From NCBI GenBank assembly GCA_964457375.1, contig CAYWFK010000005.1:14767-78766 (forward strand): a stretch of DNA of 64,000 bases. Direction: 5' to 3'. Each line of letters starts with the position of its first letter. Within the stretch, counting starts at the first letter, position 1. The notes beneath the pieces were generated by a model. The model saw only the letters and a list, made by a program, of their open reading frames with translations. It was not told the origin of the DNA and ran no database searches. Source of the DNA: an uncultured Anaerolineales bacterium (GTDB lineage: Bacteria; Chloroflexota; Anaerolineae; Anaerolineales; UBA11858). A program made the translations under genes and the position numbers. Positions 57,119 through 64,000 of this stretch are shown here, piece by piece.

Positions 57119-59338
57119 TCAGTTGCTCCGGTGCGGACCCGGCTGCGCCAATATTTTCGCAATATCGCGCAAGCTCATCCACCACTGGTTTTTGGGTCGT
57201 CCAAGGTGCTTGTCCACCAGCCTGGGGTAATCCTGCAAACTGGTAAACGTAACCTTTCCCCCGATCAAACCAATACAGGTACCCTGCGGCTCATTATTCT
57301 CCGCTTCCCTGATTAGAAAGTCGATACAGCGTGTTGCCAGCCTCGAAGCCTGTACACGGTCGAAAGGAGTCGGGTTGCCGCCTTGCTGCAAGTGCCCCAA
57401 AATAGACTGGCGCACATCGAACAAATCTCCGCCTTCCGCTTCGAACAAACGGCACATGAAATCCGTCGCATACACATCATGCGCATTTTCATTGCGAATC
57501 ATCAAGCCGAGCCGTTTTCCTTGCGAAAATCCCTGCACCAGATATTCCAGATCATTTTGCAAGTCCTTAAGCGTTACACCTTCTTCATGCAGGTAGACCT
57601 TTTCCGCACCGGTTGCCAAACCGCTCATCAATGCCAGATAGCCGCAATAGCCCCCCATGACCTCAACGACAAAACACCGTCTGGATGCCACCGCGGATTG
57701 CTTGATTTTATCCACCGCTTCGACGATGCTATTCAGCGCCGTATCAGCTCCGATGCTCAGGTCTGACCCCGGCAAATCGTTATCGATGGTTGCGGGCAGA
57801 CACACAAGCGGAATATTAAAACCGGGGAAATTTTCCCGCTCGCTGAACATCGTATACATGCCTTTGTAACCTGCCCACCCCCCGATCATCAACAACCCCT
57901 GTATGTTGTATTTTTCGATATTGCGGGCAATCAGGTACAAATCCCGGCCGTGAGGAATATAACGATTGGTGCCCAGTTCCGCACCGCCGCGGTAAGACCA
58001 GCCGGAAACAGACATCCAGTCCATTTCCTTGATTTCACCTTTGACAAATCCCTCGAAGCCATTTTCAATTCCGAGCATGATATGCCCTTTATCCAGACCA
58101 ATACGAACCGCAGTACGGATTGCCGTATTCATGCCCGGTGAAGGAGCACCCGAATGCATTACCGCCAGCCGCAACCGCTTTTGCCCCTTTTCCGGCGGGT
58201 TCGGTTGTGCACGCACCAGCGTATTGAATGTCAGCAGGGTTTCACGGAAACTCTCTCCCCGCAGTTCCATGGCTTTGTCATAATCCTTGCATTCGAAAGC
58301 CTTGGATACTTCATGCGTCTTTTCCACACAACGCATCAGGGGAGAATGGACAATCCTGTTGCCTCTCATCCCGATCAATTGGGGAACGCTTTTCTCATCA
58401 CACTCCAACAAGGTTTCGACCGCAGCATTGCCAAGAAACGTACCCAGATTGCGGTCATAGGCGCTGGGAGACCCTCCGCGCTGGAAGTGTCCCAAAATGG
58501 TTATCCGCGTATCTTCCCCCAATTTTTCTTCCAGCACCTTTTTGACATAAGCGCTGGTAATCGGCGAACCGTTTCTATCCCGCGCCCCTTCGGCAACGAC
58601 CACAACGCTGTCACGGCGGCCGATTTGTCTGCCGCGGCGCAGCGTTTCACACATGACTTCTTCCCATCCTTCTACGGGTGGATTCTCCGGGATGAGTACC
58701 CAGTCTGCACCGCCGGCAAGCGCCCCCATCAACGCCAGATAGCCGCAGTTACGCCCCATCACCTCGACGACAAAAGAACGCTGATGGCTGGCAGCAGTGC
58801 TTGAAATCGCGTCGATAGCTTCGGTGATACGATGAAGTGCCGTATCAGCCCCAATGGTCATATCCGTTCCGACCATATCATTATCGATCGAACCGGTAAT
58901 CCCGACGATACCCAGCGACTGATGACGGGCGACAATCTTCTCGGAGACGCCGCCCGCCTCGCAAACCTTTGCAACCAGTTCAGGCCATTCTTCACGGAAG
59001 ATATTCGCGCCCGTCAGGCTGCCATCACCGCCGATGACGACCAAGCCGTCGATTTCATGAGCAAGCAGGTTTTTTGCTGCTTTCTGCCGGCCCTCCCGGG
59101 TGCGAAATTCAGCACACCGCGCAGAACCAATAATCGTTCCGCCGCGTTGCAAGATACCGCCGACCGATTCCCAGGTCATTTCCCGAATTTTGCTGCCCCC
59201 TTCTACAAGACCGCGATACCCTTCATACACCGCATAAACTCTCACTCCTTTGTCCAGCGCTGTACGAACAACCGCTCTCACGGCAGCATTCATGCCTTGG
59301 GCGTCGCCTCCGCTGGTCAATACTGCAATACGCTTCAT
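57119..59338 (-). CDS. pfk: ATP-dependent 6-phosphofructokinase, eukaryote-type tandem-duplicated (catalytic + regulatory halves)
   Basis: Start refined to the ATG at 59338 (GAGGAG RBS). The 739-aa N-half has IAVLTSGGDAQGMNAAVRAVVR, GGDGSLTG and MGRNCGYLA. The C-half has GAPSPGMNTAIR, IGGWAGYKG and MGGYCGYLA. The C-terminal WWMSLRDIAKILA resembles animal PFK. Confidence 0.9.
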   Translation of the reverse strand: MKRIAVLTSGGDAQGMNAAVRAVVRTALDKGVRVYAVYEGYRGLVEGGSKIREMTWESVGGILQRGGTIIGSARCAEFRTREGRQKAAKNLLAHEIDGLVVIGGDGSLTGANIFREEWPELVAKVCEAGGVSEKIVARHQSLGIVGITGSIDNDMVGTDMTIGADTALHRITEAIDAISSTAASHQRSFVVEVMGRNCGYLALMGALAGGADWVLIPENPPVEGWEEVMCETLRRGRQIGRRDSVVVVAEGARDRNGSPITSAYVKKVLEEKLGEDTRITILGHFQRGGSPSAYDRNLGTFLGNAAVETLLECDEKSVPQLIGMRGNRIVHSPLMRCVEKTHEVSKAFECKDYDKAMELRGESFRETLLTFNTLVRAQPNPPEKGQKRLRLAVMHSGAPSPGMNTAIRTAVRIGLDKGHIMLGIENGFEGFVKGEIKEMDWMSVSGWSYRGGAELGTNRYIPHGRDLYLIARNIEKYNIQGLLMIGGWAGYKGMYTMFSERENFPGFNIPLVCLPATIDNDLPGSDLSIGADTALNSIVEAVDKIKQSAVASRRCFVVEVMGGYCGYLALMSGLATGAEKVYLHEEGVTLKDLQNDLEYLVQGFSQGKRLGLMIRNENAHDVYATDFMCRLFEAEGGDLFDVRQSILGHLQQGGNPTPFDRVQASRLATRCIDFLIREAENNEPQGTCIGLIGGKVTFTSLQDYPRLVDKHLGRPKNQWWMSLRDIAKILAQPGPHRSN

Positions 59339-59386
59339 CCTCAGTTCTCCTCGATTGGCGTTATTCCTTTTCATGCATCCCGCATG

Positions 59387-61039
59387 TCATTTCAACATCG
59401 GGATTTTAATTCCCTGTTTCCTGGCTGTTTCGATAGCCAGTTCATAACCTGCATCCGCATGCCGGGCGACACCAAGCCCGGGGTCGGTTGTCAGCACTCG
59501 TTCCAGTCGTGTGGCAGCCTCCGCCGTTCCGTCAGCCACAATCACCATACCCGCATGCTGACTGTACCCGATACCGACGCCGCCGCCATGATGGAAAGAA
59601 ACCCAGGTCGCCCCGCCAACAGCGTTGATCAAAGCATTCAGGATTGCCCAGTCACTGATCGCATCCGAGCCATCCTTCATTCCCTCGGTTTCCCGATTCG
59701 GTGAAGCCACCGAGCCGGAATCCAGATGATCCCTGCCAATCACAATCGGCGCCTTGACAATACCATCTGCCACCAGTTTATTGAAAGCCAGCCCGGCTTT
59801 CACGCGTTCCCCGTAACCCAGCCAGCAAATTCTCGCCGGCAGCCCCTGAAACGGTACTTTCTCCCGGGCAAGTTTCAGCCAGCGTTTGAGATTCTCATCA
59901 TTCGGGAAGAGATCCATAATCACTTCATCCGTCCGGTAAATATCTTCCGGATCCCCTGAAAGAGCCACCCAGCGGAAAGGTCCCTTGCCTTCACAAAACA
60001 GAGGGCGGATATACGCAGGGACAAAACCGGGGAAATCGAAAGCGTTTTTCACACCATGATCAAACGCCCGCTGGCGGATATTGTTGCCGTAATCGAATGT
60101 TTCGGCACCGCGCCGCTGCAATTCCAGCATAGCCTCGACATGTGCGGCAATCGAATCGAGCGCCCGGGCAGTATACGCTTCCGGGTCCTGCTTCCGCAAA
60201 GCGGCGGCTTCTTCGACACTCATCCCGCGGGGAACATAAGACAACAAATCGTGCGCGGGTGTCTGGTCGGTGACCACGTCCGGCGTAATATGACGGCGCA
60301 CGAGTTCGGGATAAACATCTGCGGCATTCCCGACCAAACCAATGGAAAGCGCCTTGCCGGCGGAAACCGCTTCATCGACCATTTCGAGCGCCTTGTCGAG
60401 ATCCTCCACAACCACATCCACATACCCGTCATGCAACCTGCGCTGTGCATGCTCCTTATCCACTTCAACGACCAGCCCGACACCTTCATTCATCGTAATC
60501 GCCAAAGGCTGGGCGCCGCCCATCCCCCCCAGACCGGCAGTCAAAGTAAATTTCCCTTTGAGCGATCCCCATTTTCTGAGTCTCGCCAGAGAACCCAGCG
60601 TTTCGTAAGTGCCTTGCAAAATCCCCTGCGTACCGATGTAAATCCACGAACCGGCAGTCATTTGCCCGTACATGATCAAGCCCTTAGCAGCCAGTTCGTC
60701 GAAATGTTCCTGGGTTGCCCAATGCGGGACAAGATTCGAATTGGCAATCAAAACCCGCGGGGCATCCCGGTGCGTCTTGAAAACCACCACCGGTTTCCCG
60801 GATTGCACCAGCAACGTCTCGTCATCTTCCAGGTTTCGCAGCGATTCCAAAATCGCATCGAACGCGTCCCAGTTTCTGGCAGCCTGCCCCCGTCCCCCAT
60901 AAACCACCAAATCTTCCGGACGTTCTGCCACTTCCGGATCGAGATTGTTTTGAATCATCCGGTAAGGTGCTTCAGAAAGCCATGATTTGCACGTAAGTTG
61001 ATTACCCCGAGGTGCCCGTACGGTTCTAGCCTTTGACAT
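59387..61039 (-). CDS. hutU: Urocanate hydratase
   Basis: 550 aa. [45 protein letters not shown], the canonical HutU N-terminus, and a full-length match in style. Confidence 0.95.
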   Translation of the reverse strand: MSKARTVRAPRGNQLTCKSWLSEAPYRMIQNNLDPEVAERPEDLVVYGGRGQAARNWDAFDAILESLRNLEDDETLLVQSGKPVVVFKTHRDAPRVLIANSNLVPHWATQEHFDELAAKGLIMYGQMTAGSWIYIGTQGILQGTYETLGSLARLRKWGSLKGKFTLTAGLGGMGGAQPLAITMNEGVGLVVEVDKEHAQRRLHDGYVDVVVEDLDKALEMVDEAVSAGKALSIGLVGNAADVYPELVRRHITPDVVTDQTPAHDLLSYVPRGMSVEEAAALRKQDPEAYTARALDSIAAHVEAMLELQRRGAETFDYGNNIRQRAFDHGVKNAFDFPGFVPAYIRPLFCEGKGPFRWVALSGDPEDIYRTDEVIMDLFPNDENLKRWLKLAREKVPFQGLPARICWLGYGERVKAGLAFNKLVADGIVKAPIVIGRDHLDSGSVASPNRETEGMKDGSDAISDWAILNALINAVGGATWVSFHHGGGVGIGYSQHAGMVIVADGTAEAATRLERVLTTDPGLGVARHADAGYELAIETARKQGIKIPMLK

Positions 61040-61124
61040 AATAAGACCTCCTGTTTTTCATAATACCCTGATCCATTTGAATAACACCTGCAAGTTCGCG
61101 CCACGAGCCAGCAAGTGCCCGATT

Positions 61125-61166
61125 AAAAAACTGCTCTTGGTTAAATTATACGCCAAGAGCAGTTTT
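61125..61166 (-). terminator. Rho-independent (bidirectional-looking) terminator downstream of the Rrf2 gene
   Basis: 12-bp stem AACTGCTCTTGG/CCAAGAGCAGTT, flanked by an A6 tract upstream and TTTT downstream. Confidence 0.75.
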
Positions 61167-61258
61167 CTGGGTTTATTTCGCCATTAATCTTAATCCGGTG
61201 TTCTGCAAACACCGGTAGTTACACCCCTTGCGGAAAAAGAGCTTGTTTCCGTTGCTTG

Positions 61259-61672
61259 TTATTCTTTCGGAGAACCTTTGATAAACTGGTTGAAATAAGC
61301 GTTACCAAGTTTCTCGATTAAAATCTGTTGAGTTTCCATCCAGATTTCCCGCATCGGGCAATCCTCGGAAAAACCGCAGGCACTGTCATCGGCAACGCAT
61401 TCATTCAGCTGGATCGGACCGTCGATTGCCTCGACAACCTCCAACAGCGTAATTTCTTCCGGGGATTTAGCCAAAGAGACACCTCCCCGCGCCCCCCTCG
61501 ATGTATGCAACAACCCCGCAACAGATAATTGGGAAATGATTTTCGCGAGGAAAGAAGGGGGAATATGCTGTTCGTCAGCAATGCGACTTGTGGCAGCCTT
61601 GCTACCCGCCCCCAACGAAGCAAGATAATAAACTGCACGGACGGCATAATCAGCCTGGCGGGTTATTTGCAT
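61259..61672 (-). CDS. Rrf2 family transcriptional regulator (three-Cys, probable Fe-S sensing)
   Basis: MQITRQADYAVRAVYYLA...wHTH...TSRGARGGVSLAK. Cys cluster C-x7-C-x5-C (ECVADDSACGFSEDCP). Confidence 0.9.
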   Translation of the reverse strand: MQITRQADYAVRAVYYLASLGAGSKAATSRIADEQHIPPSFLAKIISQLSVAGLLHTSRGARGGVSLAKSPEEITLLEVVEAIDGPIQLNECVADDSACGFSEDCPMREIWMETQQILIEKLGNAYFNQFIKGSPKE

Positions 61673-61697
61673 GAATTTTCTCCTTTTTCGGTCTTAC

Positions 61698-61745
61698 GGA
61701 TAGAAATTATCAGGTTTCCTTTATATTTTAGGACAATTTTTATCC
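61698..61745. promoter_or_regulatory. Imperfect 14-bp inverted repeat (GGATAGAAATTATC...GACAATTTTTATCC) in the Rrf2/ugd divergent region
   Basis: The arms match 12/14 and are separated by a 20-nt AT-rich spacer. It starts 26 nt upstream of the Rrf2 start codon. Candidate autoregulatory operator. Confidence 0.4.
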
Positions 61746-61876
61746 AATCACAAGTGACAGAGGTCATCCATCATCAATGACCTTAGTCGCGCCAAATGGG
61801 TACGCTTATGGTAAGATTATCCTGTTCTCTTTGCCCTGACGGGCAAAGAGACGATCAGACTCTTGGAGGTTGCCTT

Positions 61877-63196
61877 ATGAAACATATCTGCGTCGTCGGG
61901 GTTGGTTATGTCGGACTAATCACCGCAGCAGGATTTGCCGACCTGGGGAATAAAGTTGTCGCAATCGACATCAACAATGAAAAAATCGAGAACTTAAACA
62001 AAGGCATCATGCCTATTTATGAACCCGGTCTTGAAGAACTTGTCACCAGAAATGTACACGCCGGGCGTCTTTCTTTCACAAATGACTATGCCGAAGCACT
62101 AGACGGAACAGAGTTCGCCTTCATTGCCGTCGGCACACCCTCCGGCGTAGACGGTGAAGCCGATTTGCAATACGTCGAAGCAGCCGCGATTTCCATCGCC
62201 CGCAGCATGACAGCACCGCTGGTAATCATCAACAAATCCACGGTCCCTGTGGGAACCGGAGACTGGGTAGCCAACATCGTTCGGGAACACCAGCCGAAAC
62301 CCATCCCCTTCTCTGTGGTTTCCTGCCCCGAATTTCTACGGGAAGGTTCTGCCATCAATGACTTCATGAACCCCCACCGCACCGTGCTCGGGTCGCTGGA
62401 TCACGAAGCCGCTGACAAGGTTGCCCAGCTTCACTTGCCGCTGCGTGCACCGATCATCATTACCGATCTCCGTACCGCAGAAATGATCAAATACGCTTCC
62501 AACGCCTTCCTCGCGACCAAAATTTCGTTCATCAACGAAATTGCGAATATCTGCGAGGCATTAGGCGCCGACGTCAAAGAAGTCGCCGTCGGCATGGGCT
62601 ATGACAAACGTATCGGAAATCACTTTCTCGATGCCGGGTTGGGATACGGCGGCTCCTGCTTCCCCAAAGACGTCAAAGCACTTGCCCACATGGCTGAAGA
62701 AAAAGGACGCCATCCCCAGTTGCTCCGTGCAGTGATGGATATCAATTCGGACAGAAGACAGATGGCTGCCTTGCGCATCAAGGAAATGCTCGGCGACGAT
62801 TTAAGCGGCAAAACCATCGGTATGTTCGGGCTTGCATTCAAACCAAACACCGATGATATGCGTGACGCACCATCTATCGATATCGCCCGCTCACTGATTG
62901 CACTGGGCGCCAAAGTACGCGCTTACGACCCCGTGGCAATGGATAATGCCAAACACCTCCTGCCGGAAGTAACCATGTCGGAAGACCCCTACGCCATGGC
63001 AGAAGGCTGTGATGCCATTGTCGTCAACACGGAATGGAACGAATTCAAACAAGTCGACCTGAACCGGATTCGCAAGCTGATGAAAACCCCGGTCATTTTC
63101 GACGGACGCAATATTTACAATCCGGAAAAGATGAAAACTCTGGGCTTCGAATATCGCGGTGTCGGTCGCGGGTACAACGGCTCGAAGCGTTCATAA
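61877..63196 (+). CDS. ugd: UDP-glucose 6-dehydrogenase
   Basis: Start refined to the ATG at 61877 (GGAGG RBS). Product begins [25 protein letters not shown] (Rossmann). Catalytic GGSCFPKD motif. Confidence 0.92.
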   Translation: MKHICVVGVGYVGLITAAGFADLGNKVVAIDINNEKIENLNKGIMPIYEPGLEELVTRNVHAGRLSFTNDYAEALDGTEFAFIAVGTPSGVDGEADLQYVEAAAISIARSMTAPLVIINKSTVPVGTGDWVANIVREHQPKPIPFSVVSCPEFLREGSAINDFMNPHRTVLGSLDHEAADKVAQLHLPLRAPIIITDLRTAEMIKYASNAFLATKISFINEIANICEALGADVKEVAVGMGYDKRIGNHFLDAGLGYGGSCFPKDVKALAHMAEEKGRHPQLLRAVMDINSDRRQMAALRIKEMLGDDLSGKTIGMFGLAFKPNTDDMRDAPSIDIARSLIALGAKVRAYDPVAMDNAKHLLPEVTMSEDPYAMAEGCDAIVVNTEWNEFKQVDLNRIRKLMKTPVIFDGRNIYNPEKMKTLGFEYRGVGRGYNGSKRS

Positions 63197-63205
63197 TTTT
63201 CCGCT

Positions 63206-64000
63206 ATGACCCATTCAGGAAATCACCCCACCAGCGAAACGGTACACAAGCACACCTCGCCGCCCGTTATCGATTACGAAGGCTCGGATTACCAGCAGGC
63301 TTTCTGGGAACAAGGCGGCAGGGAATACGAAGACCGCGCCGAAGCAATTGCCCTCAAACGGCTGCTCCCCGAAAGGGGAGAATGCCTGCTTGAGCTTGGC
63401 GCAGGTGCCGGACGAAACACGCCCCGTTACCACGGATTCGATAAAATCGTCCTGCTCGACTATTCCCTAACCCAGCTCCAACAAGCACAAAGCCGTCTTG
63501 GCAAGCATCCCCGATATATCTATGTGGCTGCCGATGTTTACCGCCTGCCTTTCGTTTCAGGGTTATTCGATACAGCCACCATGATACGGGTTTTGCATCA
63601 CATCGTCGACGTACCAGGCGCTCTCACACAAATCCGGCGTGTCTTGCAGCCGGACGGCATCTTCATCCTGGAATATGCCAACAAACGCAACGTCAAGGCG
63701 ATTTTACGTTACCTGTTGCACAAACAAAGCTGGAGCCCCTTTTCGCAGGAACCTGTCGAATTTGTGGAATTGAACTTTGACTTCCACCCCCGGAAAATCA
63801 TTCAATGGCTGCAAAAAGCTGATTTCAAAACCGAACAGCAACTTACCGTTTCGCATTTCAGAATGTCTTTCCTGAAAAAACATGTCCCCCTTGAACTGCT
63901 GGTCACCATGGATGCTCTCGCCCAAAAAACGGGGAATTTATGGCAGCTTTCTCCCAGCGTCTTTACCCGCAACCGGGTAATACACGGCGGCGTAAAAGCC
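63206..64000 (+). CDS. Class I SAM-dependent methyltransferase (partial; runs off the right edge)
   Basis: Absent from the ORF track because there is no stop in the window. The ATG at 63206 opens a 265-codon frame to the window end. Motif I LLELGAGAGRNT, then LQPDGIFILEYAN. Confidence 0.8.
   Translation, partial: MTHSGNHPTSETVHKHTSPPVIDYEGSDYQQAFWEQGGREYEDRAEAIALKRLLPERGECLLELGAGAGRNTPRYHGFDKIVLLDYSLTQLQQAQSRLGKHPRYIYVAADVYRLPFVSGLFDTATMIRVLHHIVDVPGALTQIRRVLQPDGIFILEYANKRNVKAILRYLLHKQSWSPFSQEPVEFVELNFDFHPRKIIQWLQKADFKTEQQLTVSHFRMSFLKKHVPLELLVTMDALAQKTGNLWQLSPSVFTRNRVIHGGVKA

Noticed and set aside
1-64000. Scanned for tRNA/rRNA/tmRNA signatures, CRISPR repeat arrays, IS elements, integrases, toxin-antitoxin pairs and known defence-system genes.
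   Set aside because: No GTTCGAATC-type T-arm in a cloverleaf context, no regularly spaced direct repeats, and no transposase, integrase, nuclease or helicase ORFs were seen. The window appears to be core chromosome rather than an accessory island.

Overview
The window reads as a core chromosomal region of a moderate-GC bacterium. Gene content and protein style suggest a Chloroflexota/Anaerolineae-like organism, but that is inference only. About 55 protein genes are supported. Most are housekeeping: trpS, dtd, selD, clpC, a fused glyQS, dnaG-rpoD, dnaE, rarA, ogt, hutU, ugd, thiolases, CoA-transferase subunits, and several transporters. I found no rRNA, tRNA, CRISPR array, transposase, integrase or recognisable defence system, so I cannot point to a clear-cut novel multi-gene system. 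The items most worth a second look are listed below.
1. Two selenocysteine (in-frame UGA) genes that the ORF track truncates: a SelW/Rdx-like CxxU protein at 1024-1308 and selD itself at 5279-6349. Each has a hairpin about 15 nt downstream of the UGA.
2. A 739-aa tandemly duplicated 6-phosphofructokinase that is colinear with eukaryotic PFK, including the degenerate regulatory half.
3. A tandem pair of Pmp-like parallel beta-helix surface proteins that share a short C-terminal tail (KIYLPL..(R/K)NH). This could be an uncharacterised sorting tag. A perfect 16-bp palindrome sits in their promoter region.
4. A near-consensus promoter, a roughly 90-nt leader and an intrinsic terminator directly upstream of a small SWIM zinc-finger gene. 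This is a candidate attenuator, riboswitch or sRNA.
5. Unusual domain architectures: a CDF transporter with three tandem cytoplasmic domains, a DUF389-PT linker-SH3 protein, and a DnaE with a roughly 195-aa disordered insert.
All start-codon refinements and all RNA or regulatory calls come from reading the sequence by eye. No database search was run.
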